DNA from: Candidatus Fervidifonticultor sextus
Lineage (GTDB): Bacteria > Sysuimicrobiota > Sysuimicrobiia > Sysuimicrobiales > Humicultoraceae
Assembly (NCBI GenBank): GCA_031459875.1
Contig: JAVKHQ010000001.1
Location: forward strand, 64,001 to 128,000
Direction of reading: 5' to 3'
Length of the DNA: 64,000 nucleotides
A program made the position numbers and the translations under genes. Below are positions 48,329 to 57,533 of this stretch, piece by piece. The notes beneath the pieces are model-generated. The model was not told the origin of the DNA. It saw only the letters and a program-made list of their open reading frames with translations, and searched no databases. Within the stretch, counting starts at the first letter, position 1. The number at the start of each line of letters is the position of its first letter.

Positions 48329-48675
48329 GGGGTACTATGGAACTCGTCGGGCCAAAGCTCCCCACCCCCGGCCTATCTTCTGGGTGAGCAGGATGGAGGC
48401 GTTCCTCCGCCAACATCGCATCAATCTCCGGCTCTTCATCGAGGTGTGAGATGCCCCCGGAGACCTCCCGGGCACGCCTCGCCGACTCCCGCCATCCCCA
48501 AGGCGTTCGCCAGCGCCTCGTCCAGTACTCCCTCGAGCACCGCAACGTCTCCCTCACCGCCCGCGCCTTCGGCTGCGATCGCGGTGACACCTACTGCAAC
48601 AAAGCTGACTGACGCGTGATTAGTGATCCAAGGAACACGGGGGGTGCTGTCTTGAGGGGCCCTGTATAGTACCCC
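48329..48675. mobile_element. Non-autonomous IS derivative/MITE (347 bp)
   Basis: Terminal inverted repeats GGGGTACTAT (48329-48338) and ATAGTACCCC (48666-48675), flanked by exact 14-bp direct repeats. Confidence 0.85.
48451..48612 (+). pseudogene. Truncated transposase-like N-terminal HTH fragment (53 aa)
   Basis: GAGGTG RBS; ..VRQRLVQYSLEHRNVSLTARAFGCDR.. resembles an IS481/IS3-type HTH; no DDE domain. Confidence 0.55.
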
Positions 48676-48689
48676 GTCAATGAACGCAC
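48676..48689 (+). repeat. Right copy of the 14-bp target-site duplication
   Basis: GTCAATGAACGCAC. Confidence 0.9.
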
Positions 48690-48711
48690 CCGCCTGCGCG
48701 CGCGTGCGACC

Positions 48712-49173
48712 TCACTCCCCGCGACGGGACGCCCCGGATCCGCGCAGGACGTCCCGGCCGCGGCGGATCGTCGCCAGGATCCGATCCACCTCGGCTTCCA
48801 GGCGTTCCAGCACGCCGGCCGCATAGTCGTCCGCCCCGCTGCGGATGCGCTCGGCTTCGCGACGCGCCTCTTCGATGACGGCCTGCGCCCGGGCCGAGGG
48901 GGCCGCGGCCGCCGTCTCGCCGAGGCTGCGGGCGTACCGCTGCGCGTCCAGAACGAGCCGCCGCGCCTCCTCGCGGGCGCGGGCCAGGGTCGCCTCGGCT
49001 TCCGCCAGCAGCCGGGCCGCCTGGTGCAGTTCGCGGGGCAGGGCCGCCCGCGCCATCTGCACGAGGCCGATGACCTCACGCTCCATGGCTTCGCGTTGGC
49101 CGGGAGGGACCCGGCTGAGGTGGCGCCGCAGGACGGCTTCCAGGCGGTCGAGCATCTCCAGCACTGTGTCCAC
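48712..49173 (-). CDS. Conserved coiled-coil protein (ATPase subunit H/DivIVA-like) downstream of coaD
   Basis: LDRLE, ALP.EL.QA, GADDYA..L, I..GR. Confidence 0.75.
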   Translation of the reverse strand: MDTVLEMLDRLEAVLRRHLSRVPPGQREAMEREVIGLVQMARAALPRELHQAARLLAEAEATLARAREEARRLVLDAQRYARSLGETAAAAPSARAQAVIEEARREAERIRSGADDYAAGVLERLEAEVDRILATIRRGRDVLRGSGASRRGE

Positions 49174-49175
49174 GG

Positions 49176-49664
49176 CTAGCTCTTCTCCGGCCACTGCGCA
49201 CGCAGCCGCCGCACGACCGGCGGCGGGCAGATACGCTCCACCGACCCGCCCAGGCGCGCCACCTCCCGGATGAGGGACGAGGACACAAAGGCCCACTCCG
49301 GGGCTGCGATGAACAGCAGCGTGTCGAGATTGGGGGCCAGGATGCGGTTCATCGCCGACTGCTTCAATTCGTAGTCGAAGTCGCCGACGGCTCGCAGCCC
49401 CTTGATCAAACAGGCGGCGCCCCGGGACAGCGCGAAGTCGACCGTGAGCCCGCTGTAGGCGGCCACCTCCACCGACGGCAGGTCGGCGAGAACCTCCCTG
49501 AGCATCGCGACCCGCTCCTCCACGGGAAACGCTCCGGGAACCTTTTCCACATTCTCGGCGGCGGCCACGATGACACGATCGAACAGCCGGACGGCCCGTC
49601 GGACCAGATCGATGTGCCCGTAGTGGACCGGGTCGAAACTCCCGGGATAGACGGCGATGCGCAC
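49176..49664 (-). CDS. coaD: Phosphopantetheine adenylyltransferase
   Basis: AVYPGSFDP.HYGH.D, KGLR...DFDYE, VSSS. Confidence 0.96.
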   Translation of the reverse strand: MRIAVYPGSFDPVHYGHIDLVRRAVRLFDRVIVAAAENVEKVPGAFPVEERVAMLREVLADLPSVEVAAYSGLTVDFALSRGAACLIKGLRAVGDFDYELKQSAMNRILAPNLDTLLFIAAPEWAFVSSSLIREVARLGGSVERICPPPVVRRLRAQWPEKS

Positions 49665-49680
49665 GCGGGTGCCCCCCTCC

Positions 49681-50241
49681 CTACTGACCGGCCCGTGACC
49701 GGATGAACCAGAGCATTGTCTCTCCATACCGGGCCTCGCGCTCCACGACCAGACCCGCCGGCACCTCGGGCCGGTCCCGCCAGTGTCCTTCGGCCACGAT
49801 CAGGCCGCCTGGCGCCAGCACGCCGGCTTCCGCGATGGCCTCCAGCGTCCGCGGGACCCACCGCCGTCCGTATGGGGGGTCCATCATGATCAGGTGGAAG
49901 ACCCGTCCCGCCCGGCCGAACCGGGCGACCGCGGCGAGCACATCCTCGCAGCAGACCTCAGCCCGATTGTCTGGTCCCGGGCGGGGCAGGGCCAGCCGGA
50001 TCGCCCGGGCTCGCCGGGGATCGACTTCCACGAAGACCACCTGCCCCGCACCGCGGCGCAGGGCCTCCAGACCCAGCGCGCCGGTGCCGGCGAACAGGTC
50101 GAGCACCGTCGCACCGTCGATCTGCGCCCCCAGTCGATTGAAGAGCGCGTCGCGCACGCGGGCGGCCGTGGGGCGCACCCCGGCGCGCACACGACGGCCT
50201 GCCGGGGATCTCGGGTGACCGCGCGCGGCCATTCGGTTCAC
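49681..50241 (-). CDS. rsmD: 16S rRNA m2G966 methyltransferase RsmD-like
   Basis: RPT..RVR.ALFN, LDLFAGTGALGLEAL.RGA, DPPY, RYG. Confidence 0.9.
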   Translation of the reverse strand: MNRMAARGHPRSPAGRRVRAGVRPTAARVRDALFNRLGAQIDGATVLDLFAGTGALGLEALRRGAGQVVFVEVDPRRARAIRLALPRPGPDNRAEVCCEDVLAAVARFGRAGRVFHLIMMDPPYGRRWVPRTLEAIAEAGVLAPGGLIVAEGHWRDRPEVPAGLVVEREARYGETMLWFIRSRAGQ

Positions 50242-52364
50242 CCCACCGACGCGAGATGCACGCGCTCGTCGAGGTGGCGACGGACGATCTCGCCGAGCGC
50301 GCGTGCATCCGCCGACGACAGATCCGGATCCTCCTCCAGCAGCGCCTGCGCCGCCTGCCTGGCCTCCTCCAGCAGCCGCAGATCCGCGACCGGGTCGGCC
50401 ACCCGGAGACCGCCGAGTCCGTGCTGACGGACACCGAGCACCTCACCGGGGCCGCGCAGCTGCAGGTCCTCCTGGGCGATGCGGAAACCGTCGCTGGTGG
50501 TCCGCATCACCTCCAGCCGCCGGCGTGCTTCCTCGGTGGTCGGATCGGCAATGAGGACACAGTAGGACCTGGCTGCGCCTCGGCCGACGCGACCGCGCAA
50601 CTGGTGGAGCTGCGCCAGGCCGTAGCGGTCGGCGTCCTCGATGACCATGACCGAGGCGTTGGGGACATCGATGCCGACCTCGACGACCGTCGTGGCCACC
50701 AGCACGTCGATCTCTCCGGCACGGAAGGCCTCCATGCGCTCGGCCTTCTGGGCCGGCGAGAGCCGGCCGTGCATCACCTCGATGCGCAGACCTGCCAGCA
50801 GGCCCTCTGCCAGTTCGCGGGCTAGGTCTGCGGCCGACTGTGCCTGCAGCGCCTCGGACTCCTCGATGAGGGGGCAGACCACGAACGCCTGCCGGCCTGC
50901 GGCCACCTGGTCGCGCACGGAGGCGTAGACCTGCGGCCGGGCGCGCCTGGGACGGACCAGCGTGATGACCGGCTGCCGGCCGGGCGGCATCTCATCCAGC
51001 ACCGACACATCCAGGTCGCCGTAGACCGTCAGCATCAACGTCCTGGGGATCGGCGTGGCGGTCATCACCAGCACATCCGGGTTGTAGCCCTTCTGCCGCA
51101 GGCGGGACCGCTGCATGACCCCAAAGCGGTGCTGCTCGTCCACCACGGCGACGCCCAACCGGTCGAAGACGACCTGCTCCTCCAGCAGCGCATGCGTTCC
51201 CACCACGATCCCCGGTCGCCCGGTACGCAGCAGCTCCAGGGCCGGGGCCCGCTCCTGCCGGTCCATGCCGCCGACCAGCAGGTGCACGGCAACGCCCAGC
51301 GGGTGCAGCAGCCGCCGCAACGTCAGGAAGTGCTGTTCGGCCAGGATCTCGGTCGGCGCCATGAGCGCACCCTGGTAACCGCCCTCGACGCAGGCCAGCA
51401 GCGCCGCCGCGGCCACGACGGTCTTGCCAGAGCCCACGTCGCCCTGCAACAACCGGTTCATCGGGACCGGACCCCGCAGGTCGGCCAGGATCTCGTCCAG
51501 CACGCGGCGCTGGGCGCGGGTCAGCGCAAACGGCAGGGAGGCCAGGAACCGGGGCACCAGCTCCGTGAACCCGCCATACACCACGCTGCGCGGCGTGGCC
51601 TGCAGCGCCGCCCGCTGGCGCAGGATGCCCAGTTGCAGGACGAACAGTTCCTCAAACGCCAGGCGACGACGGGCCACAGCGGACGCATTCGGGTCTTCGG
51701 GGAAGTGGGCGGCCCACAGCGCCTCGTGCAGACCCATCAGCCGGTGGCGGGCGCGCAGCGCAGGCGGGAGCACGTCGGGCAGGGCTCCGGCGTGGGCCGA
51801 GAGCGCCTCGCGGATGATCCCGCGCAGCGTGCGCTGCGGGAGCCCTTCGGTGGCGGGATAGACGGGCACCAGGCGGCCAACATTCCAGGGCTCCGCATCG
51901 GGATCGAGGGGTTCCACTTCCGGCGCGACGAACTGCAGGCCCCTCCCCGCCCGCTCCACACGACCGTAGAGGCTGACCTGCTGGCCGCGGCTCAGCCGCT
52001 GGGCGAGGTAGGGTTGATTGAACCACACCGCGTGGGCGGCGCCGGTGGCATCGACGATCCCGGCCCGGACCAGGATGCCTCCCCGGCGTGTCCGCACGGT
52101 CCACACGCGCTCGATGCGAACGATGGCCGCCTGCTCGGCGCCTTCGATCAGGCGCGCGAGCGGCGTGGGGTTCCGGCGGTCTTCATGGCGACGCGGGAGG
52201 TGGAGCAGCAGATCCCGCACCGTCTGGATGCCCAGCCGGGCCAGGAGCGCGGCCCGCGCCGGCCCCACCCCGCGCAGGTACTGGACGGGCGCGTCAGGCT
52301 TCGGCCGTCGATCCGTGCCGGCAGCCGCGAAGGGATCGGCAGAGGCGACGCGGCGCCTGGTCAT
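50238..52364 (-). CDS. recG: ATP-dependent DNA helicase RecG
   Basis: RLLQGDVGSGKT, APTEILAEQH, DEQHRFGV, TATPIPRT, QLHQLRGRVGR. Confidence 0.97.
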   Translation of the reverse strand: MTRRRVASADPFAAAGTDRRPKPDAPVQYLRGVGPARAALLARLGIQTVRDLLLHLPRRHEDRRNPTPLARLIEGAEQAAIVRIERVWTVRTRRGGILVRAGIVDATGAAHAVWFNQPYLAQRLSRGQQVSLYGRVERAGRGLQFVAPEVEPLDPDAEPWNVGRLVPVYPATEGLPQRTLRGIIREALSAHAGALPDVLPPALRARHRLMGLHEALWAAHFPEDPNASAVARRRLAFEELFVLQLGILRQRAALQATPRSVVYGGFTELVPRFLASLPFALTRAQRRVLDEILADLRGPVPMNRLLQGDVGSGKTVVAAAALLACVEGGYQGALMAPTEILAEQHFLTLRRLLHPLGVAVHLLVGGMDRQERAPALELLRTGRPGIVVGTHALLEEQVVFDRLGVAVVDEQHRFGVMQRSRLRQKGYNPDVLVMTATPIPRTLMLTVYGDLDVSVLDEMPPGRQPVITLVRPRRARPQVYASVRDQVAAGRQAFVVCPLIEESEALQAQSAADLARELAEGLLAGLRIEVMHGRLSPAQKAERMEAFRAGEIDVLVATTVVEVGIDVPNASVMVIEDADRYGLAQLHQLRGRVGRGAARSYCVLIADPTTEEARRRLEVMRTTSDGFRIAQEDLQLRGPGEVLGVRQHGLGGLRVADPVADLRLLEEARQAAQALLEEDPDLSSADARALGEIVRRHLDERVHLASVG

Positions 52365-52437
52365 GGTCTGCCCTGTTGTTCGCCGAGGCCCCAGGCTCTC
52401 CTCCGATCGAGACCGCACCGACCGCACCGCCCCTGCG

Positions 52438-52466
52438 TTGCGCAGCGGGGGCCCCTGTGCTAGAAT
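52438..52466 (+). promoter_or_regulatory. sigma70 promoter of rpmB
   Basis: TTGCGC-17 nt-TAGAAT with TG extension. Confidence 0.6.
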
Positions 52467-52544
52467 CCGGCCGTTGCCGCCACGTGAGGGTCGGGCGGCG
52501 ATGCCCGAACGGGTGACCGGCGGGCGGTGCAGGCGAGGTGGATG

Positions 52545-52736
52545 ATGGCACGACGGTGCGCAATCTGCGGCAAGGGCCCGGCGGCGGGGAAGAGCCTCAG
52601 CCATTCCCACGTGCGGGCACCCCGGCGGTTCCTCCCAAACCTCCAGCGGGTGAGGATCATGCTGGACGGGACGAGGCGGCGCGTCAACATCTGCACGTCC
52701 TGCCTGACGTCCCGCAAGATCGCCCGCGCGAGCTAG
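52545..52736 (+). CDS. rpmB: 50S ribosomal protein L28
   Basis: MARRCAICGK, SHSH, R.F.PNLQ, CTSCL. Confidence 0.95.
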   Translation: MARRCAICGKGPAAGKSLSHSHVRAPRRFLPNLQRVRIMLDGTRRRVNICTSCLTSRKIARAS

Positions 52737-53611
52737 GCCTGCGGCGCGAAAACCGCCGCGACCCGGTCGGGCCCGAACACGTACCACTCCCTGCAGAACC
52801 GACACTGGACCTCAATCCGCCCCTCCTCGCGGAGCAGGCGGTCACACTCCTCGCGCCCGAGCGCCGCAATGGCCCGGGCCACGCGGGCCGGGCTGCACCG
52901 GCAGGCGAACCGGACGGGACGCCGTTCCAGCACCGACACCGGGAGACGGCCGAGCGCCTCGGCGAGGATCTCCTCTGGCGCGGCGCCTGCGCTCAGCATC
53001 TGGGTGAGCGGCGGGAGCGCGCGCGCCCGGTGCTCCAGGTAGCCGAAAATTGACGGCGGCGCTCCGGGCAGGACCTGCAGCAGCAGCCCGCCGGAGGCCA
53101 GCACGCCGGCGTCAGGACCCACGAGGACGCCCACGGCGACCACGGTGGGCACCTGCTCGCTGCGGAGCAGGTAGGCCGCCAGGTCGTCGCCGATCTCGCC
53201 GGTCACCAGCGGGACGCTGCTCTGGTAGGGGTCCCGCAGGCCCACATCCCGCGTCACGTGAAACGTCCCCCGCCTCCCCACGGCGGCACCGACGTCCAGT
53301 TTGCGCGACGGCGTGGGCGGCAGATCGGTCAGCGGGTTGGTGACGTAGCCGCGGAGGCGGCCGTCGGCCGTGCTCTCGGTGATGAGTGGGCCCAGCGGCC
53401 CATCGCCCAGCACCCGGACCATGACGGTCTGCTGGTCCTTGAGGCCGGCTCCCAGCATGGCCGCCGCGGCCAGCGTGCGCCCCAGCGCCGCAGTCGCCGT
53501 CGGCAGGGTGCCGTGCCGCACACGGGCCTCCTCGGTGGCCCCGGTTGTGATCGCCACGCAGCCCAGGACCGAGCCCTCGGCGGCGATGACGCGAACGAGC
53601 ACATCGTCCAC
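52733..53611 (-). CDS. hslO: Redox-regulated chaperone Hsp33
   Basis: AALGR, LDVG.AVG, GEI..D...Y...SEQ, CRC..CRFC zinc motif. Confidence 0.95.
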   Translation of the reverse strand: MDDVLVRVIAAEGSVLGCVAITTGATEEARVRHGTLPTATAALGRTLAAAAMLGAGLKDQQTVMVRVLGDGPLGPLITESTADGRLRGYVTNPLTDLPPTPSRKLDVGAAVGRRGTFHVTRDVGLRDPYQSSVPLVTGEIGDDLAAYLLRSEQVPTVVAVGVLVGPDAGVLASGGLLLQVLPGAPPSIFGYLEHRARALPPLTQMLSAGAAPEEILAEALGRLPVSVLERRPVRFACRCSPARVARAIAALGREECDRLLREEGRIEVQCRFCREWYVFGPDRVAAVFAPQA

Positions 53612-53638
53612 GAGCCGACCCTCACTCCCGCAATGTCC

Positions 53639-54616
53639 CTATTCTAGCACCCGCCACAGCTCGTCTCGATCGAACGGCTCCAGGGGGACCGCCGTCCCGC
53701 CGCGGCGCACGATCCGCTCGTGCTCGGTCAGGGTGCCGACGACCGCCGACGGGATGCCCGCCGCCGCCAGGGCCGCGCACACCGGCGCCGGGTCGGGTGC
53801 GGCGACGAGCATGGCCCCTGAACCGATCAGCCCCAGCGGATCGGCGTTCAGCGCCCGGCAGATCGCCCGGGTCTCCTCCAGCACTGGGACGGCATCCGCG
53901 TTCAGATCCACCCCGCACCCCGACGCCTCCGCCAGTTCCCAGACCCCGGTGAGCACCCCGCCCTCGGTGACGTCGTGCATGGCGGTGGCGCCGGCCCGTG
54001 CCGCGATGCGACCCTCCGGGACCACGCTGATTCGTTCGATGAGCCCCCGGGCGCGGGCCAGCGTCGCCTTCCCCACCGCAGGACGCAGGCGGTCGGCCAG
54101 GTCCTCGGCCAGGATCGCCGTGCCCTCGAGGCCGGCGGCCTTGGTCAGGACCAGGGTGTCACCCGGTCGGCCTCCGTCGGCCCTGATGTAGCCGCCGCGC
54201 GGGGCGCGGCCGATCGCCGCCGTCACCACGAGGGTTTTGGGGAGCCCGGGGGTCACCTCGGTGTGGCCTCCGACGATTTCCACCCCGACCCCCTGCGCGG
54301 CCGAGCCGGCCTCTGCCATGATGCGGTCGAGATCTGCCAGGCCGGCCGACTCGGCGAGCAGGACGGTCAGCAGCAGGCCGACCGGCTCCGCGCCGGAGGC
54401 TGCCAGGTCATTGCAGGCCACATGGACCGCGTACCAGCCCAGGCGCGCAGCCGAGCCGGTGATGGGGTCGGTGGTGACCACGCAGGCGGTCTCACCGAAA
54501 TCCAGGACTGCACAGTCCTGCCCGATCCCCGCGTGGACCAGCACGTCGCGCCGACGGCCCAGGTGAGGGTACACGTGGTGTCGCAGTGCCGCCGCAGAGA
54601 TCTTGCCGGGCCTCAT
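53639..54616 (-). CDS. AIR synthase-related (HypE/PurM-like) protein
   Basis: G.DCA, TDPITG, ND.A..GAEP, GGHTE, MHDVTEGG. Confidence 0.88.
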   Translation of the reverse strand: MRPGKISAAALRHHVYPHLGRRRDVLVHAGIGQDCAVLDFGETACVVTTDPITGSAARLGWYAVHVACNDLAASGAEPVGLLLTVLLAESAGLADLDRIMAEAGSAAQGVGVEIVGGHTEVTPGLPKTLVVTAAIGRAPRGGYIRADGGRPGDTLVLTKAAGLEGTAILAEDLADRLRPAVGKATLARARGLIERISVVPEGRIAARAGATAMHDVTEGGVLTGVWELAEASGCGVDLNADAVPVLEETRAICRALNADPLGLIGSGAMLVAAPDPAPVCAALAAAGIPSAVVGTLTEHERIVRRGGTAVPLEPFDRDELWRVLE

Positions 54617-54714
54617 GGTGATCCTCCAGTCCGGGCCGCCCCCGTCCCGACCGGCGCCGCAGGCCGTGAGAGGGAGAGGTCTGGGATACACCGAACAACA
54701 GGGCGGTTACACCC

Positions 54715-54945
54715 ATGGAGACCGCCTACCTGCTGGTCCGCCTGGATCGAAGCACACCGGCGGAAGTCGCCCGGGCGGTCCGGCGCGTGCCGGGCGTGAT
54801 GGAAGCCGCGGTCACCATGGGGGAGGTGGATGTCCTGGCCGTCATCCGCGGGGAGACGACCAGAGCCCTGGCGGAGATCGGGCATCAGGTCGAGGCGATC
54901 GAGGGCGTGGGGAAGGTCTCGATCTGCGTCGTGGTGCGCCCGTAG
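54715..54945 (+). CDS. Stand-alone Lrp/AsnC ligand-binding (RAM) domain protein
   Basis: AYLLV..., GV.EA.V.MGE.DVLA, IEGV. Confidence 0.8.
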   Translation: METAYLLVRLDRSTPAEVARAVRRVPGVMEAAVTMGEVDVLAVIRGETTRALAEIGHQVEAIEGVGKVSICVVVRP

Positions 54946-54946
54946 C

Positions 54947-55882
54947 CTAGGCGGGAATGCGGGGGGTGATGTCCACCATCCGGGCCAGCAGCCGGTGGCT
55001 GACCTCCAGAGCGCGGTAGCCGTCCTCGGCGGAGACCCGCGGGCGCTCCTCGCCCCGCACGCAGGCCACGAAGTGGGACAGTTCGGCGCGCAGCGGTTCC
55101 TCACCGTCGAGGGCGATGCGCTGGTAGGCGCCGTTGAAGTGCCGGATGCTGACGACCTCGTGCAGGTAGTCGAGGTGGATGGTACGGTCCGCCATGGTCA
55201 CTTCCATCTCCACGGCCTTCACCGCGGAGACCCGGCTGGCCGTCAGCGTCATCCGACACCCGCCCTCCATGACCAGGTGGGCCACCGCCAGGTCCTCGTG
55301 GCTATTGTGCACGCGCACGCCCACGCCGCCGATCTCCACCACCCGCTCCGGCACCAGCGACAGCACGATGTCCAGGTCGTGGATCATCAGATCGAGGACG
55401 ACCCCGACGTCGGTGACCCGGTTCGGTTCGAAGGGCCGCACGCGCCGCGCGTGGATGTAGAGCGGCTCAGACACCAGGTCGCGGAGGTACTGGACCGCGG
55501 GCTTGAACCGCTCCACGTGGCCCACAAGCATGACCACCCCGCGCCGGCGGCTCAGGTCCACCAACCGCTGCGCCTCCTCGACCGTAGCGGTCATCGGTTT
55601 CTCCAACAGCACGTGTACGCCGGCTCCCAGGAAGTCCCGGGCCACGGCAAAGTGGTGGATCGTCGGGACCACCACGCTGACCGCGTCCACCCTGCCGATG
55701 AGATCCCGATGGTCGACGTACCCGCGGGTGTGGTAGCGGGCGGCCGCCGGCTCCACCTCCCGGGGGTCCCGGTCGACGACCCCGACCAGGTCCACTTCGG
55801 GCATGGAGGCGAAGACCCGGGCATGGTGGCGGCCCCACTGGCCCAGCCCCACCACTCCCAGGCGCACCCGCTCGACGCTCAT
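54947..55882 (-). CDS. Gfo/Idh/MocA oxidoreductase (WbpB-like)
   Basis: GVVGLG.WG..H, LEKP, VGHVERF, DLMIHDLD. Confidence 0.92.
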   Translation of the reverse strand: MSVERVRLGVVGLGQWGRHHARVFASMPEVDLVGVVDRDPREVEPAAARYHTRGYVDHRDLIGRVDAVSVVVPTIHHFAVARDFLGAGVHVLLEKPMTATVEEAQRLVDLSRRRGVVMLVGHVERFKPAVQYLRDLVSEPLYIHARRVRPFEPNRVTDVGVVLDLMIHDLDIVLSLVPERVVEIGGVGVRVHNSHEDLAVAHLVMEGGCRMTLTASRVSAVKAVEMEVTMADRTIHLDYLHEVVSIRHFNGAYQRIALDGEEPLRAELSHFVACVRGEERPRVSAEDGYRALEVSHRLLARMVDITPRIPA

Positions 55883-56994
55883 GCCGCAGCCCCGGGAAGG
55901 GTGCGCACGGCCTCCACGATCGCCTCGAGCTCGTCCGGCCGCAGGTTGGGGTGGACCGGGACCGACAGGACCTCCCGCGTCAGCCGCTCCGCCTGCGGGT
56001 ACCTGCCCAAAAAGCCGCGGTGCCGGTACGCCGGCGTGTGCGGGACGACCGACGGGTAGTAGACCCGGCTGGCAATCCCGTGCGCCTCCAGGTGACGGAT
56101 CAGCGCCTCGCGCTGCGCGAAGACCCGGAGGGTGTACTGATGGTAGACATGACGGAACCCGGCAGGCTCGCGCGGCACCCGCAGCCAGGGCACGTCCTGC
56201 AGGCCGTCCGAGAGCCGGCGGGCGTTGGCGCGGCGGCACTCGTTGCGCTCCTCCAGGGCCGCCAGTTGTACCAGGCCGATGGCGGCCGCAATCTCCGTCA
56301 TGCGGTAGTTGAACCCGATCACCTCGTAGGCGTACTCCGTCTCGCCCCGGGGGTCCACCAGCAGGCGCGCGCGCCGGGCGACTCCGGCATCGGCGGTCAC
56401 CACCATGCCGCCTTCGCCCGTGGTCATGTTCTTCGTGGGGTAGAAGCTGAAGACGGCGGCATCGCCGAAGGTCCCCACGCGGCGACCGTCGATGGCGGCG
56501 CCGTGGGCCTGCGCGCAGTCCTCGATGAGCAGCGCGCCGTAGCGCCTGGCCAGATCGCCGAAGGCCCGCATGTCGGCCGGTAACCCGTAGAGGTGGACGA
56601 CCAGGATGGCACGGATGCCGCCGCGGCGCAGGATCGGCTCGACGGCCGCGGGATCCAGGTTGAACGTGGCGGGGTCCACATCGGCGAAGACCGGGTGCGC
56701 GCCGGCGTGAATCACGGCGTTGCTGGAGGCCGAGAAGGTGAAGGGGGTGGTGAGCACGCGGTCCCCCGGGCCGATGCCCAACGCCAGCATCGCCACCTGG
56801 AGGGCCGCACTGCCCGACGCCGTCGCGACGGCATGCGGCATACCGAGGTAGGCGGCGAAGGCCGCCTCGAACGCCGCCACCCTGGGTCCTGCGACCAGGA
56901 TGCCGGAGTCAAGGACTTCTTGGACCTGCCGTTTCTCTTCCTCGCCGATCTGCGGTCGGGCGATGGGAATCGCCGCCGCGGTCCTTGGGGTCAT
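55879..56994 (-). CDS. DegT/DnrJ/EryC1/StrS sugar aminotransferase
   Basis: VHLYG, EDCAQAHGA, FSFYPTKNMTTGEGG, GFNYRM. Confidence 0.95.
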   Translation of the reverse strand: MTPRTAAAIPIARPQIGEEEKRQVQEVLDSGILVAGPRVAAFEAAFAAYLGMPHAVATASGSAALQVAMLALGIGPGDRVLTTPFTFSASSNAVIHAGAHPVFADVDPATFNLDPAAVEPILRRGGIRAILVVHLYGLPADMRAFGDLARRYGALLIEDCAQAHGAAIDGRRVGTFGDAAVFSFYPTKNMTTGEGGMVVTADAGVARRARLLVDPRGETEYAYEVIGFNYRMTEIAAAIGLVQLAALEERNECRRANARRLSDGLQDVPWLRVPREPAGFRHVYHQYTLRVFAQREALIRHLEAHGIASRVYYPSVVPHTPAYRHRGFLGRYPQAERLTREVLSVPVHPNLRPDELEAIVEAVRTLPGAAA

Positions 56995-57083
56995 CCATCA
57001 CTCCTGGTGCCATGTCAGGGCCAGGCCCCACCATATAGTGTCCTGGCCCCTCCCGCGACTTTCTCCCGACCCTCCCGCGGGCG

Positions 57084-57524
57084 CTACGCCGGCCCTTCCG
57101 CCTGCGCCTTGAGGGCCGCCAGCATGCTCTCGCAGTTCTTCCGCATCAGGACCTTGACCAGGGCGCCCAGCAGCGGGCCGGCCAGCGGGATTTCCAGGTC
57201 GTACTCCACCACCAGGGACGTCCGCGTGCCCTCCGGCGTTGGCTCGAACCGCCACTGGCCCTCGTAGCGGGCGAAGTCTCCGCTGCGCTGGCGGAAGGTG
57301 CAGGTCCACCGGGCGTCGTCCCACTCGTCTTCCTCGACCCACCGGATCCGGCGGCCCTGGACGACGCCGACCCACTGGGTCACCGTGCGACGGTCCTGGC
57401 GTTCCAGCACGGTGACGCGCTCGAGGTCGGGCATGTACTCGGGAAACCGCTCGACATCCTTGGCAAGCGCGTACACGCGCTCCAGCGGGGCGCGGATGAC
57501 GGTGGACGCCTGGACGGATGGCAT
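57084..57524 (-). CDS. SRPBCC/cyclase-like protein
   Basis: AP.E.VY..A.D.ERFPEYMPD, W.EED.W, GDF..YEG.W.F. Confidence 0.85.
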   Translation of the reverse strand: MPSVQASTVIRAPLERVYALAKDVERFPEYMPDLERVTVLERQDRRTVTQWVGVVQGRRIRWVEEDEWDDARWTCTFRQRSGDFARYEGQWRFEPTPEGTRTSLVVEYDLEIPLAGPLLGALVKVLMRKNCESMLAALKAQAEGPA

Positions 57525-57533
57525 GGGACTCCT

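Noticed and set aside
48291..48590. 99-aa minus-strand ORF
   Set aside because: It runs across the MITE boundary and the yceD promoter and has no motifs; the + strand HTH remnant explains the region better
52411..52428. Tandem 9-mer GACCGCACC x2 between recG and rpmB
   Set aside because: Only two short GC-rich copies, compatible with chance
52370..52520. GAAC and GTTC half-sites upstream of recG as a LexA box
   Set aside because: No GAAC-N4-GTTC pairing
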